Source of the DNA: Octopus vulgaris | Lineage: Eukaryota | Direction of reading: 5' to 3' | NCBI GenBank assembly: GCA_951406725.2 | Contig: OX597816.1 | Span: 157,976,001 to 158,040,000 of the forward strand | DNA: 64,000 nucleotides | In this document: positions 12,792 through 25,444 of the stretch, piece after piece | Layout: each line of letters begins with the position of its first letter | Numbering within the stretch: the stretch's first letter is position 1 | Translations under genes and position numbers: made by a program | The notes under the pieces: model-generated | Told to the model about the DNA's origin: nothing | Database searches by the model: none | The model's input: the letters and a program-made list of their open reading frames with translations, nothing else

Positions 12792-13188
12792 CTAGCAGTA
12801 TCGCCCGGCGTTGCTCGGGTTTGTAAGGGAAATAACTATAAAGCATTTTTAGAGAGTTAAAGCCAAAAAATAGCAAGAAAATGCATTAAAAATGGGAAAA
12901 AATGATGGTAAATTTTTTTTTAAATCGTTGACTCATCGTAGACATTTTTAGATAGTTACTTCCCTTATATAATAGCGAAAAAATGCATTAAAATGAAAAA
13001 AAAATGATGGTAAATTATTTTTAAAATCGTAGACTCATCGTAGACGCGCGCTAATACCCAGAAGGGCTCGATATGATTCATGACTATAAGATACCCGGTT
13101 TTGGTTAAACTGCACCGCAAAATGTGGGAGTAGTTAGGAATCTAAATCGTAGGAGACAGACACACAACCTTACTTTTATATATAAAGA
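12792..13188 (-). mobile_element. Complete non-autonomous Helitron (~400 bp)
   Basis: Minus strand begins TCTTTATATATAAAAG and ends CTAG, inserted between A and T. Subterminal GC hairpin CCCGAGCAACGCCGGG at 12804-12819. Internal duplicated subunit. Confidence 0.9.
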
Positions 13189-13383
13189 TATGTCATATCT
13201 CACCATTGACAATTTACTTACAGTCATCTTTTCATTTCTTCTTATAAAGCTCACACACAATAACTCATTTTGAAATATCATGTGACCTTAATTTCTAGTC
13301 CTCAATTATTTCAATGTAAACATTACCCCACCACCCATGATTCTTTTACTGAGCATAATTATGATAATAAGTAGAAAAATTAA

Positions 13384-13588
13384 CCCTTTCATTACCGTAT
13401 TTATTTTGTGATGTTCTGTGTTTCTTTCAATTATTTTAAATATAACAAAGAATTTAGTAAAATAACCCGGTTATCATTAAGCTAGTGTAAGGAACATAAA
13501 TTATGACTACGGTTTGGTGGAAAATTTTACTTCAGAACTTTCGAAAACAAAACATTTGAACTACAGAGCCAGAATGGTATCAAAAGGG
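13384..13588. mobile_element. piggyBac-like MITE (TTAA target, CCCT termini)
   Basis: ttaa|ccctttcattacc ... ggtatcaaaaggg|ttaa. A truncated sibling follows at about 13620-13740. Confidence 0.8.
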
Positions 13589-13809
13589 TTAAGAATTGTT
13601 TCTCTATTATATATTTTAACCCTTTTGTTACCGTATTTCTGTTGAGATGTTCTGTGTTTCTTTCAATTATTTTGAATATAACAAAGAGTTTAATAAAATA
13701 ACTTAGTTATCATAAGCTAATGTTAGGAACATAAACTGTCAAGTAACATCTTTTCTATAGTACCTCTGATCCATACAGAACATAAAAGGAGAAGTATAAA
13801 AGAAATGAT

Positions 13810-14030
13810 AATAATAATGATTTCAAATTTTGGCACAAGGCCAGCAATTTTTTGTGGGATAAGTTGATTACATCAATTCCAGTGTTTAACTGGTACTTAT
13901 TTTATCAACCCCGAAATGATGAAAGGTGAAGTCTACATTGGCAGAATTTGAACTAAGAATGTAAAGACAAACAAAATGCCACTAAGCATTTTGACCAGAA
14001 TGCTAACGATTCTGCCAGCTCACCACCTTA
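13810..14030 (-). mobile_element. SINE family B
   Basis: Family B motifs flanked by (AAT)n. An older copy follows to about 14168. Confidence 0.8.
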
Positions 14031-16563
14031 ATAATAATGATGAGGATGATTATTTCTAATATAGGCACAAGGACTCAAAAAATATGTGGAAGGAGTTAGT
14101 TAATTACATTAATCTCAGTATTTGACAAGTATTTAACTTTATCGACTCCAGAAATATGAAAGGCAAAGCATATTCTTTTCCCCACTGAAAAATATTTTCT
14201 TCATTTTCTGCTTGCACATGTGAAGACTGAAGTTTCCAAGATGAAAGTGTCACAACAACAGAACAATATTCTGAATTTACCAAAGATTTTTTCTGATCAC
14301 AGATTTAAAATTGAAAAGGAATGACATTATATTCTGATTCACTATGTAAGACCCTAAATGAAATTATATTGCTTACAATTTGGTACAATGGTTTACCAAA
14401 TGGGGGCCTGTGTATGCCTGAATGTACAGAGATCAGTAACAAAGGCAAGCAATAACCCCAGGATCTCAAACTGCATGCAGAAAACAAGGACCTTACAAAA
14501 AAATAGCAGCCAATTCTCTCTAAAATCATACCTTATCATCTTAAAAAATATAGATACATTGGATAATGTTGTATTTGGTGCACAGTATTTTGTAAATAAG
14601 ATGAGATAGTCATGTCTGGAGCGTCTTTGACCCTAGATCTTCTCATTCATAGTTGGTTAACTGTTAAACAATACATAGCTGGATTACTGAAGATTTTGGG
14701 TGGGTGAGTCACCATTGAATGTTTTGTTGTTGAATAGAACATGGAGGATAAGTCAGCCTGGCAGGGTCCATTGTTTCTATAAACTATTGATTATAGCCAG
14801 AAATTGCAGGGACAAGAAGAGATGAAGTGAAATGAAGATGACTCAACTGGGAATTGAACAGGTGTCACAGGACTTTGACAACACTCATCATGGAACTTAT
14901 TACACTGAATGTACATGGTTAGATATCTGCATAATAAACTAAGAAAAGTTGAGGAAATTTAACAAAAATGGAAGACAATTTCTGTGTAAGGGTGCCTTTG
15001 TTGATGACAAACAATAGATATATTATGTAGCTGAGAACAGAGATAAATACCAAAAAAAAAAAAAAAGCTTAAAATGTCTAGAACTTGATATGATGCAGTA
15101 TTGGTGAGAGACAGATTTGGGAGGTGATACGATAGTAGAAGTGATAGAAGAAAGAAGAAAGATAGGGAAAATATAGATACAATACAGTTTGGAAGTACGT
15201 AGGTGTATATTAGATAAAAAACAGAAAGTGAATGGGTGTGAGTGAAAATGTATAAAAAGAGATCTCTGCTAGAAACTAAGTGAAACCATTTATTTACATA
15301 TTTATTTACTCTCACTCTATTTTTTAGGTATTTAACTCCAGTTATATTGTTGTTAATGATAATGTGTAAATATCCTATGTTTCGTTTATTTTTTTCTGGC
15401 TAGTTAACAAAATAAATCAACCTAAATTCATTTTATCTGTTTCGCGTAGGCATAGCTGTGTGGTTGAGAAGTTCACTTACCAGCCATATGGCTTTGGGTT
15501 CAATCTCACCAAGCTGCACCATTGGCAAGCATCATTTACTATAGCCCAAGCCAACTAAGACCTTGTGAGCAGAATGGGTAGATGGAAACTGAAAGAAGCC
15601 CTTTATATGCCATCATCATCATTTAATGTCCACTTTTCCAAGCTTGCATGGGTCAGGTGGAATTTGTTGATTCAAATCTTCTATGGCCTTCCAGTTGCCA
15701 AACCTCACCTGTTTCCAAGCAAGATTAATATTACTCCATGGCCTGACATATTTTCATGGAAGACTAGAAATAAACAGTATCACTTTCATTACAGTGCTGC
15801 TCATTTACAACCAGTTCAGACAAGAGCACACAAAGACACACACACACACACATACACATACATACATACATATATATATATATTTATCTATTTATGTGAA
15901 GGCATGTGACTTAGTGTTTAGGGTGTTGCACTCACAATCTAGCAATCGTGAGTTTGAATCTCGGACCAGACGCTGTGTTGTGTCCTTCAGCAAAACACTT
16001 CATTTCACGTTGTTCCAGTCCACTCAGCTGTAAATGAGTAGACATGTGATGGAATAACCTTCCAACCAGGGGGAATGCTTGCACCATTCAAAATCCAAAG
16101 CAATGTAAAGTACATTGTGACCAGTGATTTATAACAAGATTCAATAGTCTGGTTGATACTGTGATACTGTTTAATGTGTGTGTGCATATATATATATCCA
16201 TAAATATAAGAGAGTTAACATTAAATAGGTCAACTCTAGTGCTAGAAATAACTCCGTATTCTGGTACAGCCGCCGCCGATACCTCCACATAGAAATAGCA
16301 CTACCCTCAACGTAAGGAAAGTGAAATACAACTAAAAAATAGATTAATGTTGTACAATTGTTTCTTTATCAATATAATATGCAAATTATACTCACATATA
16401 TATCTATAAATCATCAGCAACATTTGTCATTGATACAATTTATCAGACCTACATGTGCTAGGTCGCTTGGTGTTAAACCAATGGTATTATTAAATTAATA
16501 TCTAATTTTTCACCCTCATTTTTGAATGTATATATATATATATATATTTATATTCTCTCTCTG

Positions 16564-17380
16564 TTTATCACCTCCGCCAAGGAAGGAGGTTAAGTTTTCA
16601 TCAGCATTGGTTTGCCTGTCTGTCTGTCAGTGTGCAAAATAACTCAAAAGGTTATGAATGGTATTTGATGAAACTTGTGAGAAAAGTTGGTAATGACACA
16701 AGGAACAGATCATGAAATTTTGGTAGTGATCCAGGAATTTTTATGGATTCTTGAAGGATTTTTCATTTGTTATATTTACTTTACATGAAGTATTACAATG
16801 TTACGTTCTTTGATTATCTCCCTTGAAAACATGTTCATCATTTCCACTTAACCTATGGTGGCATTGCTGTTTCCAAAGTTTTATTTTCGTTTCTCTATTA
16901 GTAATTTTACTCGCCTGTCTATGGACTCTTGGGGGATGGTTGATACTATACTGACCACAGAGGGATGTAAAGTAAGTAGGTAGGTTTAGTTTTGTAAGTA
17001 GACAGATACCTCTTTTATCTTTGCCAAGGAATCATCTGACCATCGACCTTGGTGATTTCAATCTGGATCTTCTTGATTCCCCTAACCATGAGATCTTGAC
17101 GGCTATGAACCAGTTTGGGTTACGCTGACTATGGAAGCCTGCAAGATCATGTTTACGTGAACCAGGATCGATGTCCACAAGTCACCGTAACCGACTGTTA
17201 CTTTTCCGACCATGATGCTGTGTGTGTATCACTCAAGTTTTAGGTAATTGTTGTTTCTTTTTAGTTGTATGGTGAAACTAGCTTGCTGTTGTCATTAATG
17301 TATTATAACTACTTCAGATGATTCCTGTTTTTAAAGGGATTTTCTTTAAAAATCATATGGCTGTGTTATTTTTTAAACCC
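16564..17380 (+). mobile_element. Internally deleted Helentron/HINE-type element with AP-endonuclease remnant
   Basis: 5' ttatcaCCTCCgccaaggaaGGAGG hairpin and (GTCT)n tract. 17012-17243 translates to LGDFNLDLL...[frameshift]DYGSLQDHVYVN...DCYFSDHDAVCVSLKF*. Confidence 0.75.
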
Positions 17381-17387
17381 TGCCAAT

Positions 17388-17617
17388 GAGGGTTGTGTGG
17401 TAAGAAGCTTGCTTCTCAACCACATGGTTCCAGGTTCAGTCCCACTGTGAGACACATTGGGCAAGTGTCTTCACCTATGGCCTTCAACTGACATAAGTAC
17501 CAATTTAAAAAGAAGAAATAGATGTACTGGGGCTGATTCATTCAACTAAAATTTCTTCAAGGTGGTGCCCCAGCATGGCCACAATCTAATGATTGAAACA
17601 AGTAAAATATAAAAGAT
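17388..17617 (+). mobile_element. SINE family A, internally deleted
   Basis: Head plus 3' tail (ccccagcatggccac...gaaacaagtaaaa) without the microsatellite core. Confidence 0.75.
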
Positions 17618-17718
17618 AATTATTTATGCTGTTGTTACAGTTAGCTCCACTCAAACAAACCATTAGCAATTGGTAAATTGGAGACTGAATCAACTGTGAA
17701 ACATTGTAAAGACATACT

Positions 17719-17934
17719 CTTTTCTACTCTAGGCACAAGGCCAAAAATTTTTGGGGAGGAGGCCGGTTGATTAGATCGACCCCAGTACGCAACTGGTACT
17801 TAATTTATTGACCCCTGAAAGGATGAAAGGCAAAGTCGACTTTGGTGGGATTTGAACTCAGAACATAAAGACAGATGAAATACCGCTAAGCATTTCGCCC
17901 GGCGTGCTAACATATCTGCCAGCTCACCACCTTG
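17719..17934 (-). mobile_element. SINE family B with 15-bp TSD
   Basis: TSD ttgtaaagacatact at 17704-17718 and 17935-17949. Confidence 0.9.
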
Positions 17935-18639
17935 TTGTAAAGACATACTGACAAGACTTAAATTAGTACAATAAGCATTCTGTCTCTAGTAAGGAACAGA
18001 AAGTAAGGTGTTTAGGCATTGATGCCACAAATGCACAATGATGAAGAACACATTAGTTGACTGCTGATTCAGTAAAAGCTTTATCGTCTTATACTGAAAC
18101 ACAGAATGTGTGTATATCGTCTTATTTTGCGAGAGAGATGGAGGAGAGATTAATAATAAATGCCACAACAGTCTATTAATGAATTTGGTATATTCTTGAA
18201 AAGAGGGTGGATCCCTAATTGAAAAGAATCCATTAGGTTAATTAAAGTGTTTTTGTGTGCTGCCAAATAGGAAAGCTATTATCTCTTTTAGTCCTGCAGT
18301 TCTTATGGTATAATCACCAGCTGCCTTTATAGGACTATGGTACTTTAGTTTCTGGGAGAAGGCTTGTCAATTACAAACAACCTAGGAATCTTGCACACTG
18401 TTTACACCATTGTTTATCATACACTAGGACCATATTGTACATGCAGTGTTTGTTAGTGTAGTGTTCAGCAAAAAATACAATATAACTGACAATAATACTG
18501 CACATCTCTTGTTATTTACTTAAATATTCTAAAATGAAAGTGCATACATTTACAGATATTGCTTGTTGCTTGGGTCTTTCGTAGTGTTTCAGACACACAT
18601 ATGCTAGAGTGGTGGACTACTGCTGTTTTTTGGGTCAAA

Positions 18640-19760
18640 TTCTAAGCGTGCTAACATTTCTGCCAGCTTGCTACCTTAAAATAGTTATATTCTTTTCTGC
18701 TCTAGGCAAAAGGCTTGAAATTTTTGGGGAAGTGGGGGGGGGAGTCGATTAGATCAACCACAGTACGCAACTGGTACTTAATTTATTGAATCCCCAAAGG
18801 ATGAAAGGCAAAGTTGACCTCGGCAGAATTTGAACTCTGAGATTGAAGACAGACGAAATACTGCTAAGCATTTTGCCCAGCGTGCTAACGTTTCTGCCAG
18901 TTCGCTGCTTTTAAAATAACATTCTTTTTTACTCTAGGCACAAGGCCCAAAATTTTGGGGGAGAGAGCCAGTCAATTAGATCGACACCAGTATGCAACTG
19001 GTACTTAATTTATTGACCTTGAAAGGATGAAAGGCAAAGTTGACCTCGATGGAATTTGAACTCAGAATGTAAAGACAGATGAAATATTACTAAGCTTTGC
19101 GCCTGCTGTGCTAATGTTTCTGCCAGTTTGCCACCTTATGTTGTGACATAATATTTGCTTCAAATTTTGGCACAAAGTCAGCAACATTGGTGGTGAGATA
19201 AGTCGACTACAATTGACTCCAGTGTTCATCTGAAAGGATGAAAAGTGAAGTCAACAGCAGTGGAATTTGAACTCAGAATGTGAAGATGGACGAAATGTCG
19301 CTAGGCACAGGAGTGGCTGTGTGGTAAGTAGCTTGCATACCAACCACATGGTTCCGGGTTCAGTCCCACTGCGTGGCATCTTGGGCAAGTGTCTTCTGCT
19401 ATAGTCCCGGGCCGACCAATGCCTTGTGAGTGGATTTGGTAGACGGAAACTGAAAGAAGCCTGTCGTATATATGTATATATATATATGTGTGTGTGTATA
19501 TATGTTTGTGTGTCTGTGTTTGTCCCTCTAGCATTGCTTGACAACCAATGCTGGTGTGTTTACGTCCCCGTCACTTAGCGGTTCGGCAAAAGAGACCGAT
19601 AGAATAAGTACTGGGCTTACAAAGAATAAGTCCCAGAGTCGATTTGCTCAACTAAAGGCGGTGCTCCAGCATGGCCGCAGTCAAATGACTGAAACAGATA
19701 AAAGAGTAAAGAGTAGGCATTTAGCCTAGCGTGCAAACAGTTCTGCTAACTTTCTGTCTT
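18640..19760. mobile_element. Cluster of at least 4 co-oriented family B SINEs with a nested family A copy (19303-19715, +)
   Basis: Repeated ggatgaaaggcaaagttgacctcggcagaatttgaactc blocks. The family A copy interrupts the last B copy. Confidence 0.85.
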
Positions 19761-20862
19761 ATTTAGTGACATAACACTGACATATTTTGACTGAACACCA
19801 GGACGATATTCATATAAAAGTAGACCTATTTGAGTAATTTGGCTTTCAGATGAAAGGCAAAGTTAATTCAAATGACATCTGAACTCAAAATAGAGAAGGA
19901 CATCAAGTCTGGTGCTTTACTTATTTCTACCAACTCAACCTATTAATTTCTACTGATTGGTACCAAAAGAGTTTTATGATTTGTGTGTGTGTGTATGTGT
20001 GCATGAAAGAGAGAGAGAGAGGAATGGGAACTAGTCACATTTATGCCTTTCCCAATGACATTAATTGAAGTATCTGCTTGCTGAGAGCTTTCGTCCTCCT
20101 CTACAGCAATTACTTCAATAACATACAATATTGATTCTTTACATTTGTGACAGAAAGCTACAAATTTATAGAGAAGGGGTAATATTTGATTGAACAGACT
20201 TTCAATATATCACCAATATTTTATTGGCACAAGAGAGAGAGATGGGGGGAAGAGACAAAGTTGACCTCAAATGAATTTGGACTCAAAAAATAAAAAGATA
20301 TCGCTAAACCTGGGGTTTTCTGTCAGATGCTCCACCAACTCTATCATCTGCCATCCTGGAAACACACACACACACACACAATATTGAAAGTCTTATATTG
20401 AATTATTTCCTTTCATTCAAAATTCAAGTTCTACAAATGTTTTTTTTTTTATGTTTTATTTTATCTTTGCTAGAATTTGTACTTACATATTCTACATTCT
20501 GTTGCTGATTTATTGCAACAGAGAGAAAATGAAAAAAGACTAAGTGACATTTATAGATTTTTCAGGTGTACAAAAGCAGCATGTAAAGTGAAATAGTTAT
20601 AAGTGATACTCAAAACTGGTTAACAAACTCCAACTTGCTGCCACTTGTCTATACATTCTTGACAAACAAATTTCTCAAAAGACAGAGCAGTAAATGAAAG
20701 TTACACAGGATAGTCAGCATTGCTTTAAGTGCAGGAATTAAGTATGCAAAACACAATATAATCTATGTTTATACAAATAGATTGTTTCCTTTTTATATAT
20801 ACAGGATTTATACTGTTTCACTGTTTACAGGAAATACAGAATAACAGCAGACATTCACTCAC

Positions 20863-20882
20863 TCCTTCCTTGAGAGTTTCAA
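20863..20882 (-). other. Candidate 20-nt microexon
   Basis: Long polypyrimidine tract ...ctacatcacttcatctag|TTGAAACTCTCAAGGAAGGA|gtgagt on the minus strand. Confidence 0.3.
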
Positions 20883-21189
20883 CTAGATGAAGTGATGTAG
20901 AAGGGATAGAAAGAAAAAGAGAAAAAGCAAAATAGATTTCAGAATTTTTGTTTACTAGTAAACCTATCTCAATGTGATTGCCAACAAAATTAGAAATGAC
21001 AGAGACTTTGATGAAGATACAGTTGGTTGAGATAATTAACACTTCTCATTTGCAGTACTATAACTAAGGGAAAATGTAAAAATGTTCTTTTTTTTTTTTT
21101 TACTTGTGAGATCTAACTGCAATTAAAGAGATGCTTCACAGGACATATTTATGTTAGTCTCAAGAATACAATGAATCTAAAGTACAGTC

Positions 21190-21439
21190 CAGCCTTCAGC
21201 AAAATAATAATGATGATTTCAGGTGAAGGGTGTAAGTTGATAAAATCAACCCCAGTGCTCAACAGATAATTATATTTATCAACCCCTAGAGAGGATAAAA
21301 GGCAAAGCTGACCTTGGCAGAATTTGAACTCAGAGCATAGAGATGGATGGGAATGCAACTAAGCATTTTGCTTGGTATGCTAACAGTTCTACAAGGTCAC
21401 CACTCTAATAACAATAACAATAATAATTATAATAACAAC

Positions 21440-21503
<64 letters not shown>

Positions 21504-21710
21504 TCTACTACAGGCACAAGGCCTGAAATTGGTGGTGGGGAGTTAAGTCGATTCCATCGACCCCAGTGCGTAACTAGTACTTATTTCATCAACCCTGAAA
21601 GGATGGAAGGCAAAGTTGACCTTAGCTGAATTTGAACTCAGAACATAGCAGCAGGCGATATACTGCTAAGCATTTTGCCCAGTGTACTATCAATTCTGCC
21701 AGCTTGCACC

Positions 21711-21746
<36 letters not shown>

Positions 21747-22190
21747 TTACTGTCACAGTAAATACTAGTAAGGATTTATGAATTAGGTACAAGGACAGCT
21801 ATTTTGAGGGGAGGGAGAGAAGTCAATACTATTAACCTGAGTACTTGACTGGTAATTTATTGATCCGAAAATGATGAGAGGCAATATAGACCTCAGCAGG
21901 ATTTGAACTCTGAACATAAAGAGCTGGAAGAAAATACCACTAAGTATTTTCATTAAAGCTCTACATGTTACTGTCAGTTCATGACCTTGAAATGGTTTCT
22001 AATCCAGGCTCAAGGCCAACAGTTTTGAGGGGGAATGTGTTGGTTGATACCATCAACCTCAGTGCTTGACTGTTGTTTATTTTATTGACCCCAGAAGAAA
22101 GAAAGGAAAAGTTGAGCATGGTAAAATTTGAACTCAGAACCAGAAGAAATACAAAACATTTTTCCTACACTCTATCGAGTCAACCAGCTC
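21190..22190 (-). mobile_element. Array of family B SINEs interleaved with (AAT)n microsatellites
   Basis: Four co-oriented copies at about 21200, 21500, 21780 and 21995. (AAT)n at 21408-21500 and 21711-21745. Confidence 0.8.
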
Positions 22191-22516
22191 ACTACTACTA
22201 CTAGTAGTAGTAGTAGCAGCATTACTAGTAGTAGTGGAGGTGATGATAGTGGTAGTAGTGTTGTTATTACTATTATTATTATTATTATTATTATGTAGTA
22301 GTAGTAGTAGTAGTTTCTTACAGAGGACACAAAGTTTCAAATTGGAAGGTAGGGAGCAATTGATCACAATGACTACAGTACATGACTGAAAATGATGCCC
22401 CAGCATGGCCACAGTCTAATATGTAAAACCAGTAATAAAATAATAAAAATGATAGAGTATATGTCTTATATTAGAATCAACTTTAAACTGAAGAAGAAGA
22501 GCGAGTGTGTGCTTAC

Positions 22517-22633
22517 CTGACGATCCATGGGCATACCTAGATTTTACCAACACTCCACCTAGGAGGATCCATGAAATAAAGTCTAGTACTCAGCCCTTGA
22601 TTGTAACCCAGGAGATTGGCTGGAGAGGTAAAC
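22517..22633 (-). other. Candidate 117-nt exon, possibly 5' UTR plus start codon (ATG GAT CGT CAG, MDRQ)
   Basis: Acceptor ttgttttattatttgcag|G and donor CAG|GTAAGC. All three through-frames contain stops, but an ATG at 22528-22526 reads open into the donor. Confidence 0.45.
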
Positions 22634-22676
22634 CTGCAAATAATAAAACAAATACATTAATTAAGATTAATAGAAA

Positions 22677-22708
<32 letters not shown>

Positions 22709-22969
22709 AATGAAGTGACTCTGAGGAAGAGAATAATTGACCTGAAGGTAGATTGCAGAAAGCCTTTCAGTCCAGACACAGAAGCCTGTAATGTAACATG
22801 GTTGGTCATAGGAAGGATATCCAGTTAAAAATGAAATGTAAGAGTAATAAGTAGTCTTTCAACCCATTCCAGCATGTAAATGTAAAGGTAAACATAATGA
22901 CCATAATAAATATATTATCAAATTCCTTAATATATATGTTATATATATATTATCAAGTTTCCTTAATAT

Positions 22970-23241
22970 ATATTCTGTTGTGTCTGGGGAGTCATTTTCA
23001 TTTTGTGCCTTATAATTTAACACACTCACCAGTAAAATTTCCACTTATTTCTTATTTTTATTTTCCTAAAATTTTAGTTGCGTCTTGCAACCTTTTCAAT
23101 AGACTTCACTATTGAAAAGGTTGCAAGATGCAACAAAAATTTTAGGAAAATAAAAATAAGAAATAAGTAGTAATTTTACTGCTGAGTGTGTTAAATTATA
23201 AGGCACAAAATGAAAATGACTTCCCAGACACAACGGAATAT
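22970..23241. repeat. Long foldback palindrome (~133-bp arms, 6-nt spacer)
   Basis: 22970-23102 is the reverse complement of 23109-23241 with a handful of substitutions. Spacer acttca. Confidence 0.95.
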
Positions 23242-23369
23242 TGCAAACCAAATCCAAAAACTAAACTTAATATATATGTTATATATATATATATTATCAA
23301 GTTCCCTTAATATATATATTTTATATATCATCAAGTTCCTTTCATATATATATACACACACACAGACAT

Positions 23370-23880
23370 GTAGGAAGTAAATAGACACTTTTAATGTTCA
23401 AAATTTCTGATCTAAGTATCTTATATGTTTTCAGCAGTGTAGAATTTACAATGTAATTATTCTTTTTCATTCAAGGTGCCATTATATTAAACATTTGCAA
23501 AGAGTAACCATGCCACACACAAAAAATTCAGCAGAACTATCAGATTTTCAAAAGAAGTTGTATTGTTGGGCAATCTTAAGCTGGTCCTTAGCCAGCGAAA
23601 AATTGCTGAAAATCTTCAAATTCCTTTTGCTACTGTTGATAGAATAAGCCAAGGAAAAGAATCAACAGATTCTCATCCCAGCCAACCTGGGCCCACAGAA
23701 AGGAAGCTTCGCTGTTTGAAGAGAATTGTTGAAAACAAACCCCGTTTGAAGCTTCTGACATTGCAAAACAGCTAGAAGTTAGTCGAAGAATGTGTGTTAC
23801 ATATCTGCATAAGCTTGGGTATTATGGATGAGCAGCTAGAAGACAACTTCTCCTTCAATCAATTAATATCATGAAAAGAA
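23370..23880 (+). mobile_element. Tc1-family transposase N-terminal relic
   Basis: Frameshifted translation LSQRKIAENLQIPFATVDRI...LKRIVENKP...DIAKQLEVS...LHKLGYYG*AARR resembles the paired-like HTH region of Tc1 transposases. Confidence 0.7.
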
Positions 23881-23949
23881 AGAGTCCTTATTATCCCCAA
23901 GAATTTCATTGTTACCCTACTTGGGGTAATTTACCCTGGTTCATCAACC

Positions 23950-24290
23950 CCTGCCCAGTAGCTGGAGTGCCACTCTAGATGCTTTTTCAATCAGCCATCA
24001 CCACTGGTCTCTGTACTGTTATGCATACCAGGTTCACAGTGTTGTAACCTGTTCAGTCCTTGATGTCAGATCAAGATATTTCTCTGTCTGCCTCTCCATT
24101 GCCCTCCCTCAACTGTGCCCTGAAGGATGAATTTAGACAGAGAGTTGAGGTGGGATACATGAACATACCAGGCAACCTTTTGTCCTTTTACCTGTGCAAG
24201 GAGTGGTTCTTGTCTACCAGCATATCTGTTGAATTGCTGCCTGACAAAGCTGTTCTGTGTATGGGATGCTTAAGCAGCCTTCTTTAAGAG
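23950..24290 (-). mobile_element. Decayed RTE-clade LINE 3' end
   Basis: Minus translation GRQEPLLAQVKGQKVAWYVHVSHLNSLSKFILQGTVEGGQWRGRQR, typical of RTE ORF C-termini. Confidence 0.7.
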
Positions 24291-25128
24291 TCCAGCTCTG
24301 ACACCCATACTGTAGAAAGCCATAAAACTGTGATGTTCATCTTGAGAAAGCATCTCATAAAGACATGTATTGCTAAATTTGGATTTCTGTTTCTTTGAGC
24401 ATCATCAATAAGAAGCATCCACAAACAACTGCATGCTTAGGCAAATTACTAGTGTCACAAATAACCAGCAAACTGGGTAATACAAATTTGTTATTTGTGA
24501 TGGGAGCAAAATAATAGGTTCATTAGTTCAAAATGACATTCTGTCTATTTCTGCTACTGATATACTTCTGGATTTTTTAGGACTATGTGCCTGTATGAGG
24601 TTCTTTCTTGAGATGAAAACCACAGTTTTGCAGCTTTCTACAGTATATCCATGTTAATAAAGATATACATGGATAAGATATCTATCCATCTATCTGGGTA
24701 GATGGATGGGTATGGGTAGGTAGGTAAATAGTTAGATAGGTACTTTCTCATGTTCTTTTTTACATCATAGAAACTCCGTGCTGGTGGCACGTAAAAAGCA
24801 CCAACTGATCATGGCTGTTGCCAGCCTGCTTTGGTCCCTGTGCCACTGGAATGTAAAAAGCACCTACTACACTCACGGAGTAGTTGGCATTAGGAAAGGC
24901 ATCCAGCTGTAGAAACACTGCCACATCAGACTGGAACCTGGTGCAGCCTCCTGGCTTCCTAGATCTCGGTCGAACTGTCCAACCCATGCTAGCATGGAAA
25001 ATGGATGTTAAACGATGATGATGATGATGATGATATGTACATGTATATTCAATCAAACACATTCAATAATAACAGCAACAATAATAGGCTTAAAATACCA
25101 TATGGTGTATATTTATGTCCCTTTACAT

Positions 25129-25444
25129 CAGTGGTTCTCAAAGTGGGCAGTATTGTTCCCCTGAGGGCAGTGGAAAGTTCTAACGGAACATTGAAAATAA
25201 GTGGGCCAATAATGGGGGAGTAATTCGTGTAAAAAGTGGGGCAATAATGCGGTTAGGGTTAGGGTTCATGTAAAAACAACAAAATAATGGGTTCGTTAGG
25301 TTAAGTTTTATTTGTGAAATACAGTTGCTTTGAATTTGCTTCAGAAAGAGGTCTGTGTTTGTGATGGTTAGTTGGGGGTTGGGGTGCTAGGAATGTGGCC
25401 TGGGTGTCAAGAGGTGACAGCCTGAAAAAGTTTGGGAACCACTG
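25129..25444. mobile_element. hAT-type MITE with 8-bp TSD
   Basis: TIRs cagtggttctcaaa / tttgggaaccactg. TSD ctttacat on both sides. Confidence 0.9.

Noticed and set aside
18640-19300. Regularly repeated blocks resembling a CRISPR or other array
   Set aside because: Units are ~200-bp diverged SINE copies in eukaryotic DNA, with no short repeat-spacer structure and no cas genes.
25250-25266. gttagggttagggtt telomere-like motif
   Set aside because: Only about two units, lying inside a hAT MITE.
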